Position numbers and translations under genes: made by a program. Below the pieces are notes generated by a model, which saw only the letters and a program-made list of their open reading frames with translations, was not told the DNA's origin and searched no databases. From Somniosus microcephalus (lineage: Eukaryota): a stretch of DNA of 64,000 nucleotides. The stretch spans positions 31,806,001 to 31,870,000 of the forward strand of contig JBMRGM010000043.1 in assembly GCA_052327205.1 (NCBI GenBank). Reading direction: 5' to 3'. Positions 26,369 through 39,124 of the stretch are shown here, in pieces (the stretch's first letter is position 1; every line of letters starts with the position of its first letter).

Positions 26369-26651
26369 GTGCTTTTCAGAATAGGTATGCATCTGGGCAA
26401 GGGGCAGAACAATAAGTGGCAGCATCACTCGTGGTTAGTGTGAGGAGGTGATGTGGCTTAAAGGATTTGTAATTCACTATATGGGAACACCTTAAAGGTT
26501 TCTGCACGTCTTTTCTGCATTAATGCATTTAATGTACGTTTGTAAATATTTAGAATTGAGATGACTGAATATATTTGCTGTTAAACAAAGCCAACTGTAC
26601 AACAATATTTACTACAACTTGCTGAATTTGGTCTCTTCCTATTTTATCCAG

Positions 26652-26679
26652 ACAATTCTTCAAGAATTTCACAACTGGG
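26652..26679 (+). CDS. Gene 1 cytoplasmic exon 1 (DNSSRISQLG)
   Basis: atccag acceptor, gtaagt donor; paralogue of 54459. Confidence 0.7.
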
Positions 26680-29091
26680 GTAAGTCCGAGAATTTTTTAT
26701 ATAAATAAGACATCGTGATACCCCTGAATATTTCTGTATAGCTGAATTAAATGTGGTAAATGTTTGTGCGGTAGATTTTTAACTTGCTTTGAGCTTAAAT
26801 CTGGCATTGGTATCAACTGCCTATTATAGAAATCGTCTCATTGTATTTCATTTGAATTCAATGGGATTGAAAATCATTTGCTTTCTACAACCGGAGCCAG
26901 TTCCGCGATGCCACTTTTAAGCTGGGTGGCAAGTTGAAAATATGTCCCTTTGACTATAGGCATCAATAGTAGCTCGCACTCACACTATTATACTCTCTGC
27001 AGTCTGGAAGAAGTGATCTTTTTTCTAATTTATGTCAGTTGTACCTAAACTTCCTAGCCTAAACTGAGTGAAATTCGCCCTGCATGGTTCAGTAAAAGGG
27101 ACAATTACAAATCGTTTTACAGTCCACACGAAATTAGATTCCAGTGACTTGTGAACGATTTTGTGAAGAAGACTTTATACCCCAAACTCTCCATCACTCA
27201 GTGAGCTTGGCCATTCTTCAATCCTCACATTTAATCATCATGTAAATCACAGGGAACTGAAGCATTCTCGGATTAGTAACATTCAAAGAGTGACTATCTC
27301 AGACAGTGCTCCATTTAACTGAACACGCTTTTCTGGATACAGTTCCAAATTTAGTAGCCTTGAAACCTTTTGTTGGGAGCGAATATCTCGTCCCCTTGTG
27401 AATCCAGTCACAGATTGTTGGTCGACTCTACTATACTGGAACTCTTTCCACATGTGTTTCAACCTCTTACTGAAAGTTGCTTGAAATTCCGATATGCTTC
27501 CGTGGCCCTCAATTTGAAACTGTAGTACAATCTTCTTGAGCTTCGGTATAAACACATATCTGTATACAAAATCACCAATCCACTCATTATCATAAATAGT
27601 TTTGCCAAAAACTTCTCACTCTTCTTTCAAGACTGCACTTTATCAAAATACTCTAACTCCTTTCAAGGCTCTGTCTCACAGGTTTTGGAACCAACCTTCT
27701 GACTCAGCTGTAATATTCAGGAAGAGTCTAGTATGTTTTTTTAAATGAAAATGATATAAAAATTGTACTCCCTGCGCCAGATGTGGGAAATCTGCTGGGC
27801 AGAACACAGAAAGGAAGATCTGGTGGGAAGGATCTCTTGCTGAAAGCAGCAATGCTTGATTTCTGTTCCATTAAGTACCGTGAATGGAAAATCTGGCGTG
27901 TTGTGTTAAGGATGTGTGAAACTCTGCACCACATTCTCCTCTTTGCGTTCCTTCAACATGATTCTTAAAAAAAATGGCAGGAAAAAACATTTTACCCCAT
28001 GAACTTGCAAAAATACCAACTAACATTTTAAGGTGATCTTGATTTATAAGTTACACGGTTGTGATGTATCTCAATATTCTCTACACTTTCCTAATTCCCT
28101 TTCAACTCTGCACCCACAGTTTTTCCAAACAGATACCCAAATATCAAAGATACAATCTTCCATTTATTCGGTATTGACATCTCCCTTCCATTCAGGACAC
28201 AATCGTGTGAAGTTCATTTTATGGTGGAGTTGAAAACAGCTGCTAATGGATCGCTGGCCACCGCCTGATTTTGTTTCCAAATTCAGCTGAAGTGTAAACC
28301 GAGTGGTTAATCCTCTACCGCCCGCTTTCTGCTGGACGGTAAAAGTGAATATTAACATCAACTTTCCAACTTGCCGCTCCAGAATAAACTGGCATTATTG
28401 TCAGCCATCCATTAGAGATAGCGCCCGATTTTCCTTTGAATTAATTTCGAATTTAGAATAATGCGGCGAGTGCTGTTACTGGGCTTCGATTCCTCCACCA
28501 GATTTTTCAATTCTGTACTTGTCCCAGTTGATTCTTACTGCCCAGGCGGTAATGTCGATCATATACACACCTCCAGCTGTCACTCTTAACAGTTAACAAT
28601 CTTCAACGATGAGCAGTATAACTTCATCTGGGGCCACAGCACACAGCGAGCACTCGTGAAAACGTGTCGCTTTTTGGACTCCGCCGATTTGAATTTCCAT
28701 AAATTATAATGGTTCAAAAATGATCTGGAGGACTTCTAAACGGACATCCATTTCGCTACCTCTCGCTTTGAGCTGTCTTCAAGGACCAAATTCAACTCCA
28801 GTTAATCAAGTTGAGTGAACACTGGAAAATTTCAGTGAGATCATTCAGGATCTGCTGAGACTAGGTCTTCAGACCCCTTGGGAGGAAAGTGCCAGAGCCC
28901 GGGCCCCTGTCTACCTTGAGCTTCTTCAACTTATCCAATTGATGTGGCCTTGCGATTTTAAAGAATTGTCTCTTGTAAACTGCTTGCTGATTTTTGACAA
29001 TTAATCTACGATTTCATTTTATTTAAAAGTGATAGTTCCGTTGTTGGTGATTATTGTTAACTTTAATCTCTGAAAACATATCTGCACCAAG

Positions 29092-29177
29092 GGAGACAAC
29101 TAGAAACAGACCTCCAGGTGAAGAGAAGTCTGCAGACAATTCCGAGTATGCAGCTGTGGAATCAGCGCAAAGCACCG
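29092..29177 (+). CDS. Gene 1 cytoplasmic exon 2 with SEYAAV motif
   Basis: aag acceptor, gtaagc donor; paralogue of 56472; read-through reaches a stop at 29201-29203. Confidence 0.68.
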
Positions 29178-29554
29178 GTAAGCTCGACCTAATCTGCATG
29201 TGATGAACCGTAGATTGTTCGGGGTAACATTTCCAGCGGGAGCACTCAATACCGTTATGGCTTCGGTGGAAGATCAGCGAAATCTCCAGACAGATGAGCC
29301 TTTCTGCAAGTTTTCAACCGAAATTCCACAGAAGTTACGACGAGGCTCTGGGAAAAGCCACATAGAAATTCTATTTCCTCATCTGCGTACATTCAACACA
29401 ATATAGCGTTAGATTTTCCCCTTCACCGTCTGGACTTTCAGCATCAATATCTCTAACAATTTCTCAAAGTCTATGTCAAGTCTATTTCTATGTCTCTGCC
29501 TATGTCTATGTCTCTGTCTATCTCCAGCTCTATGCCGAAATCTATGTCTACCTC

Positions 29555-30677
29555 AAAAAGAAAATACTGCAGCTGCTGGAAATCTGAAATAAGAACAGTA
29601 AATACTGGAGATACTCAGCAGGTCAGGCAGCATCTGTGAAGAGAGAAACAGAGTTAACGTTTCAGGTCGATGACCTTTCATCAGAACTGGAAAAAAGCAG
29701 GAAACAGAACAGATTTATAAGCAAATGTAGGAGCTGGGAAAGGGGGGAGGGTATGAAAGAACAAAAGGGAAGGTCTGTGATAGGATAGAAGGCTGGAGAG
29801 GTTAAGAGACATTAAGAGATATTCAAGGCAAAAGGAATTCGTAATGGGGCAGGTTAAGGAATAAAGGATGGCTCTAGATGAAGTGTAAATTGCGCTGGCA
29901 GAATGAAAGACAGTTGCCATGTGTGAGGGAAGAACAGAAGGCACAAACAAAAAATGTGGATAAATCATATATATCTGATAGAGGCCGAGGTTATGTTCTG
30001 AAATTGTTGAACTCGATATTGAGTCCGGAAGGCTGTAAAGTGCCTAATCGGAAGATGAGGTGCTGTTCCTCGAGCTTACGCTGAGCTTCCATGGAACAAT
30101 GCAAGAGGCCGAGGATGGTGAGGTCTGAGTGGAAATGGAGCGGTGAATTAAAGTGACAGGCGGCCGGAAGCTCGGGGTCACCCTTAAGGACTGAACGGAG
30201 GTGTTCCCCAAAGCGGTCACCCAATCTGTGTTTGGTCTCCCCAATGTAGATGAGACCACATCGTGGGCAGTGAATACAGTATACTAAATTGCAGGAAGTA
30301 CAAGTAAATCGCTGTTTCACCTGGAAGGGGTGTTTGGGGCCCTGGACAGTGGGAAGGGAGGAGGTAAAAGGGCATGTGTTGCAAATCCTGCACTTTCATG
30401 GGAAGGTGCCGGGCGAAGGGGAAGGGGTATTGGGGTTGATACAGGAGTGGACAAGGGAGTCGGGGAGGGAGCCGTCCCTTCAGAATGCTGAAAGTGGAGG
30501 TGAGGGGGAAGATGTGTTTGGTGGTGGGATCACGCTGGAGGTGGTGGACATAGTGGAGGATGATCCGTTGAATGTGGAGGCTGGCGGTGAAAGGTGAGGA
30601 CAAGTGGAACTCTATCGTGGTTCTGGGAGGGAGGGGCAGGGGTGAGGGCAGGAGTGCGGCAGTTAGAACGGACACGG
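29555..30677 (-). mobile_element. Penelope-like element 3' part (GIY-YIG endonuclease)
   Basis: ORF 29991-30320: FTCTSCNLVYCIHCPRCGLIYIGET...RFGEH...HFN...GLN. Confidence 0.92.
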
Positions 30678-30917
30678 TCTATGTCAACCTCCATCACTAT
30701 GTCTATAACTATCTCCATGCCTATGTCTAGCTCTACCTTTATATCTCTATCTCTATCTCCACGTCCAACTCTCTTATCTATATCTCTCTGTATATCCTAG
30801 TCTCTTGCATTCAATCTCACTCTATTGCTCTAACTCTCTATCCTTTGTACCTATCTATCTCTATCTCTCTATCTGTCTGTATATATCCATTTCTATCTCT
30901 ATCTCTCCTCTCTCTAT

Positions 30918-31666
30918 GGGCTGGATTTTTCGATCGGAGCCTTCCTGCGGATGGAGGCCTCCGATCGGAAAATATATAACATATAAGAACTTATCTGCTG
31001 GCTGCATAGGTCCCTCGACTTCCGATCCTGGGCCTCTGCTCTACGAAATATGCAGAGGCCCAGTTATCTCAGGGGTGCAGGCGGTTCGCAAGCGTCCCTG
31101 GGATCACGTGGGCCATGGGGAGTGGGCCATGGGGAAACAGTCAAAGATGGGAAACCCCCTTCACACTTTTGAAAGGTCTCTACTCACAGATCTTTCAAAA
31201 GTATGAAAGGGGATCACTTACAAATAAGTTAAACATTATTGTTTTTCAAATCCCTTTTTAAAAATTAGTTAAAATTACATTAAATTAAATATTTTGAAGA
31301 AAAATTTGTTTTTGAAAAAAATATAGTTTTTTAAGGAGGTATTATAAATACCTACATTATAAATGTGAAAAAATAATCATTTTTTGTTTTAATTTCTTAT
31401 GCTGGTGAAAGCAAGCATTACACCTGTGTTTACCAGGCGTAAGATTTTGAAAGCTTTTCAGCAGGCAGAAGTTGTGCAGAAAGCGGAATTCTTCACCGGC
31501 GGAGGTCCTTTTCCCGGGCAGGTGGAGGATCTGTTAAGAAAATTCTTGACAGATCGGATGAGCCGGGTTTTAATGCATGCGCTTCACATGCCTGAAACTG
31601 GCACTTGCGAGGTCCCTACAGGTGAGTGCACAACTCGTACATACCCGGTGTGGGAAAACCGGCCCC
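30918..31666. mobile_element. Harbinger-like MITE
   Basis: Termini gggctggatttt and aaaaccggcccc, AT-rich centre. Confidence 0.7.
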
Positions 31667-32860
31667 ATATCTCTAACACTATCTCAATGACCAAGTCTAT
31701 GTCTAGCCGACTTCTGCATATTTGTCCATGTCTATGTCTGTGTCTATCTCGAGCTCGATGTGGATATCTATGACTACCTCCATCACCATGTCTATAACTA
31801 TCTCCATGCCTATGCCTAGCTCTACCTACATATCGCTATCTCTATCTCGACACCCATTGACCTCTCCTATCTATATATCTTTGTATATCCCAGTCTCTCA
31901 TTCTATCTGTATCCCTCACTTTAAATCAACATCTCTCTATACCTCTAACTCTCTATCACTATGTACCTATCTATCTCTATCTCTCTATCTCTGTATCTCT
32001 CTCTGTACCTCTCTATATCTGTCTAAACCCATTTCTATTACTATCTCTTCTATCTCTTTGTATATCAAAGACTCTCTCCCTATACATATATACATACATG
32101 TGTATATATATATATATATGTATATATATAATATACCTCTATTGGTATCACTATGCACGTTATTTATTTCTATCGCTATCTCTTGCTCCAGTTCGTTGTC
32201 TGAGATTCTCCATCATTATATCCATTTCAATACCCTCTCTGCCCATGTGCATATCTCTATCTATGCTGATTAATATTTGTATCTCAATCTCTGTGTCGAT
32301 CTCTAGCACTAGCTAAATCTCTAATACCTCTAACTTCTTCCCTCCAATCTCCATCTCAATGTATATCCCAGTTGCTCTCATTCTACCAGTATTTCACACA
32401 CTATTTCTATGTATCTCTATTTCTATCGATCTATCTCTCTATCTATGTCTCCCTATCGCTATCTCTATCTACCTAACTGTATATATCTCTATTTATCTCT
32501 GTCTCTCTACCTCTCCATTTCTCTATCACACTCTCTATCTATGTCCAGTTAGAACTCTACCGATATCTCACTTATCTCTACCTCTACGCCAATCTCTTTC
32601 TACATATTTATATAGCTCTATTTGTATCAAATCATTTATCTGTATCTCCATGTCTATCTCTCATTCATTCTCTACCAATATCTCCAAACTTATGTCGGTC
32701 TCAATCCGTTCTCTTCCTCTGTGCCTATCACAACCTATGTTGTTTAACATCCCTCTTTCTCTGTATTCTGTATCTATCTCTATTTTTATAAATATCTCTG
32801 CCTGTATCTCAATCTCCATCTATAATCTATAATCTCTATCTCCGTCTCTAATCTGTCATT
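31667..32860. repeat. TCTA/TCTC low-complexity tract at the duplication junction
   Basis: Degenerate (tcta)n and (ta)n; the same tract occurs at 1-150 and 30678-30917. Confidence 0.85.
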
Positions 32861-35800
32861 AATCTCTGATATTTCAGTAGTATCCTTATTCACACCTGCT
32901 GATTGCTAAACTGTGTAAATCCTTAATTAAGTGAGATGCATTTCCACAGAAAGAAAACGTGCAATACGTAGAGGAAACAGGAAGTTAAATTACGAAATGT
33001 TTTAGTTACTTTACTTGGTGACTCTGAAGAGCCGAGATGGTTTTACTTATCCAACACTCAATTGACCGAAAAAAAGTGATCTTACTGTCCTTAAAAATCT
33101 CATTATTAATCCTTATATTCGATCAGATAATTATTTCTTTGTCAAAATATATCAAACGAGTAATAGAAATGGGTTTAAATCTGCAATACAATTGTGAATA
33201 TTGCATTGATAGAATGTTAATTTCCTTTCATGGAAAGTTTGAATCTTCTGACTATTACGTGGCTCCTGTGACATGAATCATCAACAATTGGAAGGGAATC
33301 GAGAGCCTTGGCCCTAAAGAAAAATACAGATGTTCGGAGTCTGTAGGAAACTACATAACCTTCCACAGGCAATAATTGAAGCAAGCATGTTATCCCTACA
33401 ATTGACTAAAGAAGGTTATTGCAAGGGGAGCACCTCATTTCTGGACGTTCACTCAAAACAAAAGCTCTGCAATCGTCACGTTTTAACCAAGATTAGGATA
33501 TTTCTTCTCAAGATCCTGTATGTACAGTACATGATTCATCTCTCTGTTGTATACAGCAGTTGATTGATTATCACAGAGAATAAGGCACCCAACTCGAACA
33601 ACTTAAGCATCTGTTTGTGGATGTAGATGCCAGAATGTCAATGACCGATTGAAACCTTTGGTAAACTAGCTTCCTGACTGTGATTGGAGTATTTCCATTC
33701 GGACCTAAATGTCTTTCTATTGCTTGGACATTTCGCTTGTATACACCAGATTAATAACTGCTCATGTCCCAGGTGTTGAGGGACTTCTTCTGATTGATGC
33801 ATTTCGCCTGGAATTTTCGTATTGGTACTAATTGGTTGCTTATAACTCGGGTTTATCATTTCAGCTAATGACCAATTGGATTAAGTTTTTTATATAATCC
33901 TGATACTTTCTTAAGCTTACTGAATATTTGTTACTGGAATAAGTCTCTGCTGGACAATATCTTTCAGAGTCATTTTTCCTTGAATATAACATATTGACGT
34001 CGGAGAACACTGATTGATTGATTTTAACTTGAGGGTTTCATTTCAGCTCCTGATCAGTTGGGTTCGGGCCTCGATAGTTTCAGGTAAAAGCCGATTGGCT
34101 GAATGTAACCTTGGCGCTGTCTTTTGGCAGCTGAACATTTAATTCTAACCGGAATAATTCTCTGTTGCCGCCTTCTATCAGTTTCGGAATATCCGAACAT
34201 TTCTTATGGAATTCGGAGAAAACTGATTGATTGATTGTTTCCACAGTTGGCTCTACCAAATTAACAATAATCGGCATTACTATTGCAGCACTTATCATCA
34301 GGAGAGTATAATCAACCCGACTGGAGACTGTTCCCTATTACTGAATGAACAACACAATACTTAGCGCATTCTGCATCTCAATGGCAGGTGGAATCAACGT
34401 CTGAGGAAGGGAAGATTCTGACTGATCTATAACATGAATCGTTCTTCTTACAATAGAATTAAGTAGATGAATTATTAACGATTAGAAAGACTAAACAGGA
34501 AAGATCGGCGTTGGCTATTGTTGAACACATTGGGGGAAGGGGTCGAATCAATGGTTGAAAGGGTGAAGAAGCACGAAGTTTTGAACTTAAGCATGATGTG
34601 AAGATGCCGTGTTTCATTTTTTGAACATGAGCGCCGGGTGTGATACATTTGTTTAGTAAACCTTCCTGTATCTACCATGTCTAGACTCACTTAAAGTGAT
34701 GGAAATGGCCTCTTGTATGTTTAACGCTGGTTTATGTGAAACTGTTGCACCAGTTAATCTAGGCACAGTAACTGACTTACAGGAATTCAACAGCGGTACA
34801 GGTGATTTACTAATAGTTTGAGTCAAGCACAAGTTCAGATGGATGAAAGCATAAATGAAGGCAACGCTATTGATTAGAGGGGAGAATGATATTGAAGCAT
34901 ACTTAATCGCTACTCACTGATTGTTGTGGTGTTAATGATTCACAGCATACTAGGTTCCCCACAGCAAGAGGAAGGCAGGATTGATGCTTGACCCATGGCG
35001 TTTTTAAAGCCTTGAAGAAAGACTGGGGAGGATAGTATTTTGTGATTGAATGACGAGGAGAACTGATGATTCGCAGACAGACTGCATTCTACAGACTCGA
35101 ACAATAGTATTATCCTTTGCACTTAAAATCGAGAAAAAGGGACATTGACGAGGTTTCATTGGTTTATCACGCATTAGTAACAATATTAATTTTTAAATAA
35201 GAACAACGAAACTGCATAAATATAATGATCATTGCTATTCAGGTTGTTGCTAGATAATTGATATTCTGGTGATGTTTAGGACAGTAGCGGAATTATTGAT
35301 TGTCAGCCAGCCTGCTCAGGGATATGAATTGTCTAAATAAAATAGAAGCAGATAAAGTGAATGAATTGCAGGCAGGTTGTGGATGAAAGTTATTACCAGC
35401 TTGCAAATACTAGGACACCTGATGTATATTTTCAGAACTAGCAATGTACAGGTTTGATGCCAGAATGAGAGCAGGAACTAATAGCGAGACAGGAGAAAGC
35501 GACAATATTGGAGTTTGAGCTCTACTTTGCACGGGATTTTATGGTCAGCGAGCTCCCACTGGCAGGATAGATAACAGATTGAACGGAGACATTGCTCTAT
35601 TCATAGATTATTTGGGCAGGAGACGTACATGTTGATGGACTCATGTACTCTGAAACTTCGCCAGGAAATCAGAGGGATACTGTGGGGAAGTGAGTGTGTG
35701 TGTGATATTGATAGGTAATGGAAAAGCACGATCGGGGATTTGCATACACTGAGACGAGGTAATCTACTGCTGGGTGACAGATATATTGTAAACGTAAACC

Positions 35801-36399
35801 CCTGGTGATTTCTAGGCCTATTGCTCGGGGCATTACTTGTGTACAAAGCAGTGCTTTTAATAGTGAATGACAAATGTCCTACACCAGGCGATGAGCCACC
35901 ATTGTCACTGCACACAGGTTTGAAGAAGTCTATTTCTGTGATTTTAATCAGGGGAGAGTTATTACTGATGACTGACATTCTGGTGTGGGGGGAGTGTCTG
36001 TAATTAAGGCATGTGTTGGTTACCAGCTTCACTTTGACACGGATATTCAGAGTTCACCCCTTCATTGGAAAGTTTCTGACGTACAATGAATAGGTTGCAG
36101 TGTTAAATAAACAACTGAGCTTGTTTTATAATTGTAGACTCTGTTTCGATTGGCAGCTCAGAAAAATCTAAAGAGCTAAAATCAATTAATTGCTCCTTAT
36201 AACGAATAAAATTAGTAAATGTATCCTTGCTATTGAAATGCCAGGTGGTTTTTAGACATCTCTGCTGTGCTTCTGGCCCAACTGAAGGATTTACAACCAA
36301 TGATCTATTTTCAATTTCGATATGCATACTGCAATAAATAATGAAATGTTGCGATAACTTCAGAAGGTGGCTTTAATTATTTTACAAACTGAAAGCTGA

Positions 36400-37000
36400 C
36401 CAGTACCGGTTCAGGTACTGAATGGCATAATCAAAGGGCAGGACCTGTATAGGTCGCATATGCATCAGTCCCAGTATTTCATGTAGTATTGACAGTCCTG
36501 TACCAGCAGGACACTGTAGGTACTAATCACAGAGCTGTACAAAGAAGGTAGCGTGGTTAATAATCACAGATCAGTATCAATAGACTTGTGCAGGTAATAA
36601 TAAAAGCATGCACCTATATGACAGTGCAGTTGTTAATCAAAATCCTGTACCGGTAGGATAGCGTTGGTATGATCAGGAATATGTATATTTTGCAGTTTAT
36701 GTACTGATACCAGGTCTGTAAAATTAGGGCAGTGTCGGTACTAATCACAGACCTGTAACCAGACGGCACTGTAAGTACTGATCATAGACCACTACCAATA
36801 GGACAGTATATGTACTAGTTATACACGGAATAATCATAGTCATGCACCAGTAGTACAATATAGATATTAGTCATAGAACTTTTCCAGTAGAACAATGCCG
36901 GAGCTAATCAGAAAAGAGGGTATTATAGTTAATAATTACAGACTAGGACCTCAGCACAGGTACTAATCACAGGCCTGTACCAATAGGACAGTTTCGGTGC
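36400..37000. repeat. Degenerate minisatellite, unit about 37 bp
   Basis: Paralogue of 4850-5455. Confidence 0.65.
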
Positions 37001-37014
37001 ACATTAGAGAACAA

Positions 37015-37630
37015 AACATATGCGATCCTGTGCTTCACAAAGAGAGGCGTAGAGTGCAAAAGCCAGGAAGTTAGGCTAAATCAATATAAATCACTGGTTC
37101 GTCCCCAGCTAGAATGTTGTTTCCAGTTCTGGGCACCGCACTTTAGGAAGGACGTGAAGTCTTTGGAGAGGGTGCAGGAGAGATTTATTAGAATGGTTCC
37201 AGGGATGAGGGTTTACAGTTACGTGGATAGCCGAGAGCAGCTGGGGTTGTTCTTCTTAGAGCACAAAAGGCTAAGAGGAGATTTGATAGAGTTCTTTAAA
37301 ATGATGAAGTATTTAGGTAGACTAAACAAATGACTGAAGCCTCCATAACCAAACGGCAGATAATTAAGTTGATTGGCAAAAAAAGCAGAGGCGACATGAG
37401 GAGAAACTTTTTAACACGAGTGTTTAGGATATTGAATGCATTGCCCAATAGGGTGGTGGATACAGATTCAATAGCAGCTTTCAAAAGCGAATTGGATAAA
37501 TACGTGATGGAGAAACAAACTGCAGGGATATGGGGCAAGAGCAGGGGAGTGGGGCAAACTGGATTGCTCTTCGAAAGAGCCAGAGCAGACTCGAGGGGAC
37601 GAATGGCCTCATTCTCTGCTGTACTACCCT
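37015..37630 (+). mobile_element. CR1 LINE 3' fragment (paralogue of 5465)
   Basis: Same insertion, predates the duplication. Confidence 0.85.
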
Positions 37631-38409
37631 ATGCTACTATAAAATAATAGACCCGTGCCAGTAGCACAGTATAGATGCAATTTGTAATGCTGGGGCAAAT
37701 GTTTCACAGTCATACTTAGTAAATGTATTCACAGGCTTATACATCTGCTTATGGCGACACTGATATGGCTAATAGATTCATACAACACATGCTCAGTAAT
37801 TAGAATGTTGCACCACAACAATAACAACTTGCATGGATAATTTATTTTAATCATATTCAGCACTGTGTGGGTAAGATGTTCCATTGCCCTGCATGCCTGC
37901 AATTAGATGGCTAAACTTATCTAGAGTGCAAAAATTAATGTTAAAATATAATTAGATTATTCGTTCTGGTAGAGCAAAGTTAATGGTTACCTGGAGTGAG
38001 CCGGGTGGTGGGATTAGATTGGGCAGCTAAAGCAGATACAGCAGATGAGCCTGTGTTTAGGCTCCGGCAATTTGTGAGTTGAATCACCTCTTTGTAATAC
38101 ACCGGGTTAAACTCTCGGGACTTTAATGGTTAATGGTGCCAGAGTGAAACACTTTCAGTGGTCACAGTTCCCACTGGTACCAGCCCATCACCTCGGTTCC
38201 CCCTCTACCGTTGTGCCAAGCCAGCTGGGGTGACCGCTTCCGTAAGACCGTGAGAAAAACAAGCCTTCCGCCTGGGACCACAGACCAGGCCAGTCTCTGT
38301 GTTAACGGTACAAGCTGCGGTTAGAATAAATCATGTTTTAAACAGATTCCAGAGATGTCTCCGGCCTGTATTCCAAATGTTCGCTTCTGATAAGAATTTA
38401 TTTTAAAAC

Positions 38410-38660
38410 TGCTTGAGCTCAGTTCACTTTTCAGCGTTAGCGTGGACTCGTCATCGCGGTTTAAGTTCCCCTTTTATCCACTGGGGTCAGAAGTCACAGT
38501 GATCTCAGTGCGCAGTCGCCTGGTGCATGGGCAGTGAGCTCCACAGCTGCAGAGTGCTCCCGGGGAACTCGCTCCAGCCGCTGTCTCCTCATTCCCCGTA
38601 AGTACAGACTCGGGATCTGCGCGTGTGGGCGTTTGGTACTGAAGAAGTAGAACAGTGTCA
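38410..38660 (+). promoter_or_regulatory. Conserved GC-rich promoter or 5'UTR exon block of gene 2
   Basis: Near-identical at 6860-7120 and 9110-9375; cccc|gtaagt donor at 38598; acceptor at 39009 upstream of the ATG; IRF-like ttcacttttc and CRE-like cgtca. Confidence 0.55.
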
Positions 38661-39093
38661 GCGGGTACAATTGTCGGGAGCAGGACTGGGAAGCGGAACA
38701 ATGCGCTTGGGAATAGATTGTTCTGTGTTTGACGGAATCAATCTGTTCAGGCGCTCAGTTGAAATGTTCACCCAAATCTGAATAAATAGAGGCGGCATTG
38801 AAACAAAGAAAACAATGATCCATGGGTTTTTAATATTTCACATGGCTCTCTTAAAGGCGAGCGACTATCTGCAAAGTGGAATAATGCAATGCTTTAGGGA
38901 AAGGGCAGGGGAGTGGGACCAATTAGCAAGTTCTTTCGAAGAACCGGCACAGGCATCAGGGCCGAATGACCTCCTTCGGCGCTGTATGATTTTTGATTTC
39001 ACTTTACAGATAAAAAGAACTGAAAACAGCTGATCCGAAGCGAGCGACTTCACAGAGGGAGGGGAGCTTCTGCTCGCATCACCCGCTTTCGAA

Positions 39094-39124
39094 ATGAAAC
39101 ACATCTGTTGCCTTCTGATCTTCT
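39094..39124 (+). CDS. Gene 2 leader exon S1 ([10 protein letters not shown])
   Basis: ATG plus hydrophobic codons, 31 nt, gtaagt donor; conserved at 9482 in copy 1. Confidence 0.85.

Larger units (their letters stand above)
9482..29203 (+). pseudogene. Gene 1: degenerate paralogue of gene 2 (pseudogene or reduced one-domain receptor)
   Basis: Collinear with gene 2. Ig1 and Ig6 exons deleted, Ig3 frameshifted, Ig4 acceptor mutated plus stop, Ig5 split by a SINE, ITIM exons absent. Leader, Ig2, TM and two tail exons intact. Confidence 0.8.
1..32704. repeat. Tandem segmental duplication, unit 1
   Basis: 1-29460 is collinear with about 32705-56830 apart from copy-specific insertions and deletions; roughly 80-85% identical by eye. 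Confidence 0.92.

Noticed and set aside
30217-30800. Overlapping ORFs
   Set aside because: Alternative or antisense frames of the Penelope element and adjacent simple repeat.
31722-32832. Long ORFs of 183 and 157 aa
   Set aside because: Artefacts of TCTA low-complexity sequence.
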